From a virus (lineage: Duplodnaviria; Caudoviricetes), in IMG/VR virus record IMGVR_UViG_3300021082_000042, positions 1 through 46,817 of that record: a stretch of 46,817 bases of DNA, one strand, 5' to 3'. Positions 33,001-41,467 of the stretch are shown here, one piece after another. The notes below the pieces were generated by a model. That model saw nothing but the letters and a program-made list of their open reading frames with translations, had not been told where the DNA came from and did no database searches. The position numbers were made by a program, and so were the translations under genes. Numbering within the stretch: the stretch's first letter is position 1; each line of letters begins with the position of its first letter.

Positions 33001-34011
33001 CTGCTGCGGGGCCACCACCACGCCGCCGAAGGATTGGGGCACGCCGCGCGCCACGCAAGCCTCGAAGGATTTGGGGCAGTCGGGAAGGCCGCTGGTCGAC
33101 GGGCAGAAGCGGCCCTTATAAACCTTCCAGCAGGACCGCGTCACCATCCGGCTTGGATAGGAAAGGCCGAGTTCGAACACGCCATCGCTGGCGGGCAGCG
33201 CGAAGTTGCCGTCGCTGTCGAAGCTCCACGGCAGCGCGTACCCGCTCCAGAGCTTCACCAGGGTCAAGCTGTCGACGTGGAAGAGCGCGAATTGCACCCG
33301 GGCGCGGTTGAGGTTGATCGCCTTCACGAGTTCGGTGAACACGTTATCGGCGTTGCCGAAGGTAAAGCGCGCGCTGTCTGCCGCCTCGCCGATGGTCTGC
33401 GCGATGCCGTCCCAACTGACGACGCGCGGCAGGTAGAGCGTGCCGTCAAGGGTCAGGCGCTGATTCGAAAGATACATCGGCGTCGTGGCCCCGGCCCGGT
33501 CCTGGATGGCGATCAAAGGAATAATGCGTTGCACCTGGGCGCTGAGAGCGGTATCGAAGGTCGAATCGGGGAACCGGGTCAGCGTGCGCGCCGAGGTGTA
33601 GGTGGGGAAGCTGGTCGGCACCTCGATCAGCGTGATGCCGGGGTCGCCGACGATTCTGCCGGCACTCATGGGGAAGTCAATCAGCGGATTCTCATAGCGC
33701 GCCCGGACGGTGACATTGCCCGTTGGCGATGGGTACGTGAAGCTGAACTCCGCATAGGTTCCCTGCGCCTGGATCCAGTGCGCCCGGAGTTGATCGTACT
33801 CGTTGCACGCCAGATGATCCCGCCGGATCCGAAAGCGCCGCATCCCGTTGCCGAGCAGGAAGCGCTGCTCCGTCTTGAGGCCCGGCTGGTCGAAGGAATG
33901 GATCGCGATGGGTGGCTCGAGGTCGGCCCCGCTCCCGAAGTCCACGCGCAGCGGAAACGGGGAGATGAAAGGCGGGTCCGGGATGGGAACAGGCCCGAGG
34001 GAATCGGCCAT
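30064..34011 (-). CDS. Tail tip hub protein (gpL/gpJ-like fusion)
   Basis: 1315 aa; C..VY...CP...CPKS..AC..RG Cys cluster as in gpL-like proteins; FN.L.VEF.D..FDW and GDII.L.H as in gpJ-like proteins; TGATG-coupled start. Confidence 0.8.
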   Translation of the reverse strand: MADSLGPVPIPDPPFISPFPLRVDFGSGADLEPPIAIHSFDQPGLKTEQRFLLGNGMRRFRIRRDHLACNEYDQLRAHWIQAQGTYAEFSFTYPSPTGNVTVRARYENPLIDFPMSAGRIVGDPGITLIEVPTSFPTYTSARTLTRFPDSTFDTALSAQVQRIIPLIAIQDRAGATTPMYLSNQRLTLDGTLYLPRVVSWDGIAQTIGEAADSARFTFGNADNVFTELVKAINLNRARVQFALFHVDSLTLVKLWSGYALPWSFDSDGNFALPASDGVFELGLSYPSRMVTRSCWKVYKGRFCPSTSGLPDCPKSFEACVARGVPQSFGGVVVAPQQRAFVPQDSGTIGWASSGLTSVTVSADTVYQRVVQEIYTDKPMAVTCDVAAGRDESEFYSALGIVGEGPIGGYSTDLMKHKLDNQPPHDPQNGGGWRGIVGNDPAATSDFFALDSAPWNTVPPGSTYAAGLAFAEIRRSDEKGLQLSQVADRVMTVTVASGIGGWTWTAPGTRVWTPALSNTIWVAVNVYLRAIGLRVGQAQAALVTAAQMEAFFDVTQAIAMAAKCDLVGPVLVGSGNERQFPFRGALKERKPLKDWLQEILNCCLGFYTFVNGKLWLGIRDNSGVPTHNTYTRANVLFKSLQTVPIQPQFNQLTVEFGDEEFDWQMNNVTIYDMDHAAFAGTAESPQFNSSTMSLVGVSNKSQAARIATTRLREEIGGVGPTEQLRARSLRFRTTVLGLHTMAGDIISLDHTTLPGSPARAEGRVTRWTLNPDFSIDLEATPTTDAMYDLTLGTKPDDATAAPVPPELLPSITGLTWMPNEIAPVALDPLYTDPLQRTFDLWQDYRIARDGSWEATIFVAGQMCINLFALGRQPRILTAALAAGGALAGPMTVYVAITQRMATMQPLAPSNLVGVWIPAGVTGQKITLAVAASPDSDQPWDLWAGTDRRTVALQSSGTNVQPSVVFPGPIHRMTEGMPEAAARKVAIAAKHIWHSGVAGVSVTGVTGPNQIQSNDFIGSTDNWVGPPARILSALADKSDGSAPLWNFTVTAFDSATGTFTVTPDCVRASPDDSVQTGDVLIVRSVGISASSNTIGDPLWDNFVARNQFGTPGLAVDEEKGRIARILFGKGAGQWRYITGNSNTVITVSPAWTTVPDATSVVIVEDPDWLYQAETSDLDVPREGARIEIKMRVGNLRDRTALVGGFLVDDQGRYSDEDVAPLREIFVFGQPPSVRVVGPDAGPWATLPTDQTIRVNTSENDVTVQLLPLVSYEGRTLYVVNDTGPNNAIVLCVPGEFLFDGNPSVTLAPGETVRATAG

Positions 34012-34394
34012 CAGGCCACCTCCCGCAGGTTGACCGTGATGCGAGTTCGCCCGGTCTGTAGCTCCTCGGTCCACGGCCCATCGAAGACCACCGTGTAACG
34101 CCCCACCGGATCGCCCGGCGGCGGCCCCGGCAGCGCCTCCAGCAGATTGTAGAAATAGAAGGGCTTGCCCTGGTGGGCCTGAAAGAAACTCAGCATCGCG
34201 CTCCACTGTGCGGCGGTGAGCGCGTAATTGAGCTTGAAGAAATAGCGCGGGTTGATGGCCAGCGCAAGCCGCTGTGACGACCCATCGGGGTAGACGCTGA
34301 GAACGTTCTCAAGGCGTAGCTCGATGGTCAACCCGCTGTAGAGGAACGTGGGGAAGGTATCGACGGGCGCGGCGGCGGCGACGTTGCCCGGCAT
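34011..34394 (-). CDS. Distal tail protein (gpM/DUF2460-like)
   Basis: DG.SQR.A....PR..F.L.Y...FF.AHQG.PFYF...V.LREV; follows the tape measure. Confidence 0.8.
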   Translation of the reverse strand: MPGNVAAAAPVDTFPTFLYSGLTIELRLENVLSVYPDGSSQRLALAINPRYFFKLNYALTAAQWSAMLSFFQAHQGKPFYFYNLLEALPGPPPGDPVGRYTVVFDGPWTEELQTGRTRITVNLREVA

Positions 34395-37300
34395 CAGCGA
34401 ATCACCGTCAGCGGCTCCAGGAGCGCGCTCCTTTGCGCATCGCGGGAACGTCCCGAGCGGCTGGCCGTGGCGGCGGCCTGCCCCACGCTATCGGGGTTAT
34501 TACTGATCACGCTGACCACGCGGCCCTCGAAAAGATCGTTAGCCTGCTGCGGGTTGAGTTGCAGGTAGATGCCGCCCGCGCCGTAGTTCGAAGACGACAT
34601 GTAGGGATTGGCGACCAGTTGTCCGTTGGAATAGACGGGCTGCAATTGCAACCCGGCGCCTGATTGGGCAAAGGTGGCCCCGTACATCTTCTGCGGCATT
34701 CCCACCGGGTTCTGAGCCGTCGTGAGCGCGTACAGTTGCACGAGGTTCTGAATCTCTGAGGATCGGATGGCGAGGTCCAGGTTGCCGCCGTACTTCTGTT
34801 TGGCGATTTCGAGCATCGTGGCCCGGACGCCTTTGTCCTGCACATCGATGCCGTACACCGATTTGATTTTGCTTTGCAGCTTGGAGTCGGCGGTTTTGAC
34901 AAGGGACCGGAACAGCCCCGCGATGCCGCCCACGGCCGCGCCGATGCCCGCGCCGAGCAGCGTCCCGATGCCGGGGAAGAAGGCGGTCCCAAGCACTGCC
35001 CCGGTCAGCGCGCCGCCCGCAGCCGTCAGGCCGATGCCCGCTTTGCCACCCCTGTACAGCCCGTATCCGGCGAGGCCGACCCCGGCCCCGAGCAGCCCGC
35101 CGCCGAGCGCTGAGAGGCCGAGGGTTCCCCCGGCGGTCGTCAATCCCATCGCGGCGGCCATGTGAGCGGCCCCGATTCCGGCGGCAGCGCCGCCCCCTAT
35201 CGTTTGCCCGAGGCCGACTTTGCCGCCTCGCTGAATCCCATTGATCGCAGCCATGCCGCCACCGAGGAACGCGGCAGAGGACAGAAGCCCGGCCTTTAGG
35301 CTCATTGCCCCGAAGCCCGGCATGGCCACAGGTGCGCCTGCCGCCGCATTAGCGGGGCTGTAGCCGCCCGTATAGCCGCCATAGGTACTGACCGCCGCCG
35401 GGGCCGCCACGGTGCCCCCTGTGCCCCCGCGCGCCCCGAATATGCGCGCCAGGAAGCCCCCGGTCCCGACCGCCCCGGTGACGCCACCCCCGAAGGTCGG
35501 CTGCTGGCCGCCAAGGCCGCGCGGGCCGCCCCCGAAGTCCACCGTGCCATAGCCAAAGAGTTGCATCAAGGCCGCCGCCGCCCGGCTGGTGACGATCTCT
35601 TTTATGGCCCCGATGATGGCCGTCTTGAGGCCGTTGGCGATGGCCTCCCATACGCTGGTGGATTTATTGAGCAGGGCGTCGAAGACCCGGTCGAGCGAAC
35701 TCTTCAGCTTGTCGTAGATTTGTTTTTGCTCGTTGATGATCGCGTCGTTGGTGGCCTTCGCCGCTTCAAGGCGGTCCTTGCTGATGCCGACATCGGCCCT
35801 AACGGTGATCTGCTTCTTCTTCTCCTCGTTGGCCGCCCACAGTGCCGCCGACCGGATGAGGTAATCCATGTCGCTCATGAGCTTCACGTCGTGCAGCGCT
35901 TCCACGAGGGCGAGTTCTTCCTCGTATTTCTGATCGGCCAGTTGGCGCTCCACGTCGCGGATCCGCTCCGCATAGTCCCGCTTGATCTCAAAAACGGTTT
36001 GCTGGTACGTAAGCTCCTGGTCCAGCGTTTGCCGATGCACGACGTCGGCCTCGGCCAGCTTCTGGTCGCGGTCGGCGGCCAGCGCCGTCTGTTCGAATTC
36101 GAGGCGCGAGGTCAGGGTTTCCCGCTCGATCTTGTCCGATTCCTCGACGTATGCCAGATGGCGCTTGAGGGTTTCGGTGTAGCCCCTCGCATACTCGGCG
36201 AAGTAGTCCGAGATGGCTTTTTGCCCGTCCAGGCGCTCCTTCTCTTTTTCTGCCAGCAGCCTGATGTTGTCCTCGGCGATCTTCTGTTTGGCAAGCTCCA
36301 GATCGTCTGCCATGGCCTCGAAGACCTTGGCGAGTTGCTTCGCGTTGCCCGCCAATTCCTTCAGGTCGTTGGCGTACTTGTCATTGATTCCAAAGATCGC
36401 TCCGTGCATCCTGGCCCGGGCGCGGGCGAGGATCTGGTCGGCGATCTGTTCCTGGTGTTTGGCTAGTTCCGTACTCGCCTGAATTAGTTTGGCGGCGCGC
36501 GCCTTGTTGGCGATGGCTTCGGCGTCCAGCAGCATCCGCATTTTGCGCAGCGAATCCTGCAGTTCGACGTCGGTCTGTTTGTTGAAGGGGATGATGGACA
36601 TATTCGCTGCTTCGGGCAGTTTCTGCTCCGTCATCCACTGCTGATACTTCCGGGCCGTGGCCTCCATATCGGCGCGGGCCTCTTTGCCAAACGCCTTCGC
36701 CTTCGCCTCGACGTCGCGGTTGAGCAATCTACCAAGCCAGCTGTTCGGTTCGATCTTCTCGCGCATCCATTCCCCGGCCTTCCACCCCAAGAAGGCCGCG
36801 CCCACGGCTCCGACCGCAACTGCCAGATTAACCACCGCCGGGGTCATCGTCGAGATCAGCGCCAGCCGCGACGTCAATGCCGCTACGCTGAAATCCGTAA
36901 AGAGCACCTGCAGCGCCAGCCGCAGCGTGCCGAACGCCGTCGCCAGATTCCCGGCCAAGCCGATGGCAGCAGGAATCCAGGACAAAAGCCCGAGCTTGGC
37001 AGCGCCGCCGAGCACCGTCAGCGCGACCACCAGCAAGCCGATGGCGACGGTTACGTCCTGGATGAACGGAGGCAGCCGACCGAACCACGCCGTAAGCTCC
37101 CGGAGGCCGCCAATCGCCTTAATGAGAGATGGGGCAAAGTCATCGGCGATGGCCGCGCCGACCTTTTTCACATCGTCGGCCATCTTCTCAAATTGCGCGG
37201 TCGGCAGTTCCTTGGCCATCCGTTCGCCCGCAGCGCCGAAGTCCTTCACCATTCCATCGAGGATTACCTGGACGCCTTTTTCAGAACCGATCATCTGCTT

Positions 37301-37960
37301 CTCGATCATCTTGCGGACGTCGAGTTCGCTGACCGCCTTCCCGGTTTCCTTCTGAATCGCCCCCTGCAAATACTTGATGGAGTTGATGCTCTGCTCGGCG
37401 AGTTGGCGGAACGCCTCCTGGCCCTGAATGATTCCCTTGGCGCGCATCTGGCCGAGAGCCAGCGTGATCGAGTCTACGGCGACTTTGCCCCTACCGAGGG
37501 CGGCGGCGGCGTTGGCGACCGTGTTGATCAGAGAAGGAATCTGCTTCAGGTCGAAGCCGAAGGCGCGCATCCGTTGCGCCATGTCGCGCAGATCGTCGAA
37601 GGAGAATGGCGAGGTTTTCGCCACATCCCGAATCGCGGCAATCGCGTTCGCGGCTTCGTAGGCGTTCGCGCCCATTGCCTGGAAGGCGATGGAGGTCTTC
37701 TTGATATCATCGGACGCTTGCACCATACCCGCCAGGGCGCGGGCGATGCCCAGCCCCGCCAGCGTCTGCCCAATTTGATCGAGTCCGCGGGTCGTCTGCG
37801 AGATCGAAAGGGTCATCGCATTGAACCCGGTGGCCGCTTCCTTGGTGGCCTTCGTGGAGGTCGTCCCTACGTTCTTAATCTGCTCGTTGAGCTTGTTGAC
37901 AGCGGCGGTCGCGCCTTCGGATTGAAAGTCGACCTGGATGTAAATCTTGTTACCCGCCAT
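34394..37960 (-). CDS. Tail tape measure protein
   Basis: 1188 aa, Ala-rich helical; AKTSPF...ALGQM.AKG...E..RQL.E N-terminal TMP motif; Gly-rich hydrophobic C-terminus. Confidence 0.95.
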   Translation of the reverse strand: MAGNKIYIQVDFQSEGATAAVNKLNEQIKNVGTTSTKATKEAATGFNAMTLSISQTTRGLDQIGQTLAGLGIARALAGMVQASDDIKKTSIAFQAMGANAYEAANAIAAIRDVAKTSPFSFDDLRDMAQRMRAFGFDLKQIPSLINTVANAAAALGRGKVAVDSITLALGQMRAKGIIQGQEAFRQLAEQSINSIKYLQGAIQKETGKAVSELDVRKMIEKQMIGSEKGVQVILDGMVKDFGAAGERMAKELPTAQFEKMADDVKKVGAAIADDFAPSLIKAIGGLRELTAWFGRLPPFIQDVTVAIGLLVVALTVLGGAAKLGLLSWIPAAIGLAGNLATAFGTLRLALQVLFTDFSVAALTSRLALISTMTPAVVNLAVAVGAVGAAFLGWKAGEWMREKIEPNSWLGRLLNRDVEAKAKAFGKEARADMEATARKYQQWMTEQKLPEAANMSIIPFNKQTDVELQDSLRKMRMLLDAEAIANKARAAKLIQASTELAKHQEQIADQILARARARMHGAIFGINDKYANDLKELAGNAKQLAKVFEAMADDLELAKQKIAEDNIRLLAEKEKERLDGQKAISDYFAEYARGYTETLKRHLAYVEESDKIERETLTSRLEFEQTALAADRDQKLAEADVVHRQTLDQELTYQQTVFEIKRDYAERIRDVERQLADQKYEEELALVEALHDVKLMSDMDYLIRSAALWAANEEKKKQITVRADVGISKDRLEAAKATNDAIINEQKQIYDKLKSSLDRVFDALLNKSTSVWEAIANGLKTAIIGAIKEIVTSRAAAALMQLFGYGTVDFGGGPRGLGGQQPTFGGGVTGAVGTGGFLARIFGARGGTGGTVAAPAAVSTYGGYTGGYSPANAAAGAPVAMPGFGAMSLKAGLLSSAAFLGGGMAAINGIQRGGKVGLGQTIGGGAAAGIGAAHMAAAMGLTTAGGTLGLSALGGGLLGAGVGLAGYGLYRGGKAGIGLTAAGGALTGAVLGTAFFPGIGTLLGAGIGAAVGGIAGLFRSLVKTADSKLQSKIKSVYGIDVQDKGVRATMLEIAKQKYGGNLDLAIRSSEIQNLVQLYALTTAQNPVGMPQKMYGATFAQSGAGLQLQPVYSNGQLVANPYMSSSNYGAGGIYLQLNPQQANDLFEGRVVSVISNNPDSVGQAAATASRSGRSRDAQRSALLEPLTVIR

Positions 37961-37963
37961 ACG

Positions 37964-38329
37964 CTATCGCCGCTTCCCCTTCTCCATGTCCTCATTCTGC
38001 AAGCGCTGTTTCTCTTCGCCGAGCACGCGCAGCAGCAGAAACTCCAGGTAGGTCATCTGGTCGAGCGTGACCGTCATCCCGCGCTCCAGTGGGAAATCGA
38101 TATATTCGACCACCAGTGTCATCACCCGGCCGAGCGGTGATTGCAAATACTCGTTGAGAAGTTCCAGAGGGCACTCCGCACACGGCCCGACGTCGGCCTC
38201 CGGTACGTCGGGCTGCTCCATCTGCGCTGTGCCGCAATTCACCGGACCCGGGCAGAGGCGCGACCGCCGCAACAGCCGATGGAAGATGAAGCGCGGCGAC
38301 GGAGCTTCCGGCCACCCGCCGCCGTCTAA
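37964..38329 (-). CDS. Tail assembly chaperone T segment (reached by -1 frameshift)
   Basis: The -1 frame is open from the slippery site: LDGGGWPEAPSPRFIFHRLLRRSRLCP... Confidence 0.8.
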   Translation of the reverse strand, partial: LDGGGWPEAPSPRFIFHRLLRRSRLCPGPVNCGTAQMEQPDVPEADVGPCAECPLELLNEYLQSPLGRVMTLVVEYIDFPLERGMTVTLDQMTYLEFLLLRVLGEEKQRLQNEDMEKGKRR

Positions 38330-38337
38330 AAAAACTT
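38295..38337 (-). other. Programmed -1 frameshift signal
   Basis: AAG TTT TTT TAG followed by a GGCGGCGG/CCGTCGCC hairpin. Confidence 0.8.
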
Positions 38338-38928
38338 CTCGTCATCGGAGGCGCTCATCTCGATATTGATTTGCTCCACCACCGCCCGGATCGCGGCGTC
38401 CTTGTGCAGCGACGGGACCGCCCCCTTGTAGTCCTCGCTGCGGCCCTGGCACTGGTCCCACAGCGCGGCGGTCGGATCCAGGTACGCCCGCATCTGCGAA
38501 GCGTTGCGTTGCGATGACGAAACCAGGCGCGAGGCCGCGCGCTGCATCTTGAGCACTTGATCCGGCGTCGGCAGCTGCAGCCGATGCGTGACCGTGCCTC
38601 CGAGAACCTGCAGGGTGACCGTGGCCTCCTCGCCGTCGATCACCACGTCGCTCACGTCGGCGCGCTCGATGACCTTCACCACCATGGACGCCTCGGCGGC
38701 GGTGAGATCCGGCGAACCGTTTAGCCGGGCGGCCTGATACAGCTTCAGGTCGGCCTCCGTCGAATCCACATCGGTTTCGCTCATGCCCCGGCCCAGGTTG
38801 CGGATCACAATCTTACGGTTGCGGTGCCGCTCGGCCCATTCCTCATCGGTGGGCCAGCGCATGGCAATCTCGACCTTGGTCTTGCCGCTGCGCGCTTGAA
38901 TCGCCAACTCCGAACTCGTATCGAACAT
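38326..38928 (-). CDS. Tail assembly chaperone G
   Basis: Between tail tube and tape measure; ends in a slippery T-run. Confidence 0.85.
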   Translation of the reverse strand: MFDTSSELAIQARSGKTKVEIAMRWPTDEEWAERHRNRKIVIRNLGRGMSETDVDSTEADLKLYQAARLNGSPDLTAAEASMVVKVIERADVSDVVIDGEEATVTLQVLGGTVTHRLQLPTPDQVLKMQRAASRLVSSSQRNASQMRAYLDPTAALWDQCQGRSEDYKGAVPSLHKDAAIRAVVEQINIEMSASDDEKFF

Positions 38929-38949
38929 TCGTTATCCTTCCCTTCGTTG

Positions 38950-39087
38950 TTAGGTGATGATGTTTGTCAGCACCCACGCGGCAAGCCCGGCGGCGATGAG
39001 GTTCCATCTCGGATGAGTGACCCCGACCGCCGCCAGGACAAACAGCACGAACGCCAACACTAAAAGCACTAAGCGAACGTTTGCCAT
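38950..39087 (-). CDS. 45-aa two-TM membrane protein
   Basis: MANVRLVLLVLAFVLFVLAAVGVTHPRWNLIAAGLAAWVLTNIIT; RBS AAGGAGG. Confidence 0.8.
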   Translation of the reverse strand: MANVRLVLLVLAFVLFVLAAVGVTHPRWNLIAAGLAAWVLTNIIT

Positions 39088-39100
39088 CGCGGACCTCCTT

Positions 39101-40156
39101 TCAAACAAGCCCGAAGATTCCATCGGTCGCCGTGGTTGCACTCAGGGTGCACAGGTCGCCCGTTGTGGGCTTCATGATCTTTGCCGTGCACGCGACTGTA
39201 ACGAGGCCATCGGCTTCGCCGTTGACGACCGCCGAGAGCACGGTGCGGGGGAAAACTAAGTGGATGCTGTGCTTGGTCGGGCCAGCCCCAATGACGGGTC
39301 CGTCGATCTGAATCTCTGTGCTGCCTTCCTCCTGGGACATCAGGTTGTTGAACTCGATGGACCCCTTCTGCGCCCGGGCCACGAAGGAGAGCGTGCACTC
39401 GCGCGTCCCGTATTCCATGCGGCCCCGGATGGCAAAGCCGTTCTGCGTGCCGCTGCCCGGATAGATCCCGGTGTCCAAACGGATGTTGTTGTTCCAGCGA
39501 AATTCCGCCGAGATGAAGCTGCCGCCGAGCAGGTAGTCGACGTCGTTGACCGTGAGCTTAGTAGTTCCGGCGGCGTTGAGTAGATGTTCCGGGGTGGGCG
39601 CGGGGATGACGATGGCCGAGGGCGAGACGAAGTGCCCGGTTCCGACGAGGCCCGCCACGACCCGGGAATTGGCGCGGCCCGGCCCGGATTCGAGGGTCAG
39701 CGCAAACTCGTTGACGCACATCCCGACCAGCGCACGGTCGACCACGGCATCGGCCCCGGTGCGGATCTGCTCGACCCAGGTGAAGGGCGCCATGTTGATG
39801 CAGTTGACCACTGGGTCGCTTGGGACAGCAGCGTATACGAAGGCCGGGGCTGTGCCCGTTTTGGTTCCCTTGCCCAGGCCGAACAGAAACAGATGCGCCA
39901 TGATCTCGCTGGAGGTGTATTTCTCCAGCGGGGCGGTAACGTTGATGTGCGACGGGAAGGTCTGCGTGGGGAATTCATCGCCCTTGCCGATATCGAGCGC
40001 ATTGTCCTCGGTAACGGGTTCGGTGATGGCCAGCGCGGCGTTGGTTTTGGTGAGGCTCCACATCTCCGCCAGGGTGTTGGGGGTGGAGAGGTCGGCCTGC
40101 GGCTTGAAGCCGAAGGCAATCTTGGTTTCGCGGACGTTTGCGGGGCAGCTAGGCAT
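39101..40156 (-). CDS. Major tail tube protein
   Basis: 351 aa, beta-rich, canonical position; TAATG-coupled start MPSCPAN. Confidence 0.85.
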   Translation of the reverse strand: MPSCPANVRETKIAFGFKPQADLSTPNTLAEMWSLTKTNAALAITEPVTEDNALDIGKGDEFPTQTFPSHINVTAPLEKYTSSEIMAHLFLFGLGKGTKTGTAPAFVYAAVPSDPVVNCINMAPFTWVEQIRTGADAVVDRALVGMCVNEFALTLESGPGRANSRVVAGLVGTGHFVSPSAIVIPAPTPEHLLNAAGTTKLTVNDVDYLLGGSFISAEFRWNNNIRLDTGIYPGSGTQNGFAIRGRMEYGTRECTLSFVARAQKGSIEFNNLMSQEEGSTEIQIDGPVIGAGPTKHSIHLVFPRTVLSAVVNGEADGLVTVACTAKIMKPTTGDLCTLSATTATDGIFGLV

Positions 40157-40611
40157 TATGCATCTCCTGTTTCTTTCGTCTCGGTCATGATGGTGAAGTA
40201 GTCGATTCCTTCCTCGTCCATCGGGCGGTTGATTAGCGGGATCGTAGTCGGCAGAACCCCTTCCATGAGCGGGCAGTAGCGCCAGCGCTGGCCATCGCCC
40301 GGGACCGGAGTGCCGTTGATAATGGCGATGCCCAACTCGAGGACCGACCCGCCCCGGGCTGCGCGCAGACAAATCTCGATGTTATGCACCCACCCCTCGA
40401 TGTCGCCTTCGGCGAGGAGCGTCTCACGCCATACCACCAGCACGCTCCCGGCGCGCATCTGGTAGATCGCCGCACTGACGCTGTTCTTTTCCGGCGTGCG
40501 GTCGATGTAGCTCTCGATGGCCGAAGGGTCGCCCCCGAGCAGCGCAACGACTTCCGGGATAGCGCGCAGCGCCGATACCATCGCTTCGGTGAGTGCGATG
40601 AAGCTAACCAA
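40156..40611 (-). CDS. Tail terminator-like protein
   Basis: Position immediately before the tube gene; size. Confidence 0.65.
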   Translation of the reverse strand: MVSFIALTEAMVSALRAIPEVVALLGGDPSAIESYIDRTPEKNSVSAAIYQMRAGSVLVVWRETLLAEGDIEGWVHNIEICLRAARGGSVLELGIAIINGTPVPGDGQRWRYCPLMEGVLPTTIPLINRPMDEEGIDYFTIMTETKETGDA

Positions 40612-41044
40612 GGGGCACCCACGCCTTCTGCAGGTATTGGCCGTACTGCGCCTGGGAGGCCCGGAAGATGGCGATCTGGTCCGAGGCGGCGAAGCCGATC
40701 ATATCGGCGTACTGTTGGGCCGTGGTGGCGCGCTTACGTGTTTCGCGCGTGGTGTTCTCGGCCCGGATCATGCCGCGCGACGCCCGGCGCAGGGAGAAGT
40801 TGGCGACCGTGGCTCCGGTCATCTTCATATCCCGAATCGGGGCGACCTGTTTGGTGAATTTGCGCTTGATGAAGAAGTAGCGGCGCGAGAGCTTCTTGCC
40901 GTGGATGCCATCCGCGGTTACGCCGTCATCCCAACGCTGCTTCTGCTCCCGGACCATGATATCGCCGATGGCTTTCAGTTGTGGATCATCCAGCATCGGC
41001 GGGCGAACCCGCCCGGTCTTCTTCACTTGGATCTTGACGCTCAT
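40604..41044 (-). CDS. Tail completion/neck protein (basic)
   Basis: Position; RDMKMTG motif; ATGA-coupled. Confidence 0.65.
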   Translation of the reverse strand: MSVKIQVKKTGRVRPPMLDDPQLKAIGDIMVREQKQRWDDGVTADGIHGKKLSRRYFFIKRKFTKQVAPIRDMKMTGATVANFSLRRASRGMIRAENTTRETRKRATTAQQYADMIGFAASDQIAIFRASQAQYGQYLQKAWVPLG

Positions 41045-41382
41045 CGCCTTCGAAACTCCTCGGTTCGGTCGTGCAGGATCACGCTGCAGCATCCGGTCGC
41101 ATAGGCGTCCACATTGACCACGTCGTACTCAACGCCATCCTTCACCACGACGTCGCCCTTCATGGGCTGGCGTGGCAAATCCGAATTGCGAATCTTTACG
41201 TGGGAGTAGCGGCCCGGCGACACCTGCTCGTCGGCGGCCCCCTCCACCCAAATCACAACCAGCGGCTGGCTGGTGAGCGGGTCGTTATCCAGCCAGTAAT
41301 CGACCTCACGCCCAAAGGTGGCGATGAGGGCGGGCCACAGTTGCAGCGGCACGTGGACGTCGATAAATGGATTGGATGCCAT
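41041..41382 (-). CDS. Head-tail joining protein (gpFII-like)
   Basis: FG..V.Y...SDLP..P.KGD.V..DG.EY.V..V. Confidence 0.8.
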   Translation of the reverse strand: MASNPFIDVHVPLQLWPALIATFGREVDYWLDNDPLTSQPLVVIWVEGAADEQVSPGRYSHVKIRNSDLPRQPMKGDVVVKDGVEYDVVNVDAYATGCCSVILHDRTEEFRRR

Positions 41383-41403
41383 CGTAAGATCCCATCCCTC
41401 GCG

Positions 41404-41456
41404 GCGCATTTTCCGGCAGGCGAAAGGTTGGCGACTCGCGCCACCGGAAAATGCGC
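41404..41456. other. Long hairpin 3' of the capsid gene
   Basis: 13-bp stem GCGCATTTTCCGG/CCGGAAAATGCGC. Confidence 0.7.
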
Positions 41457-41467
41457 GCGGGGAATCG

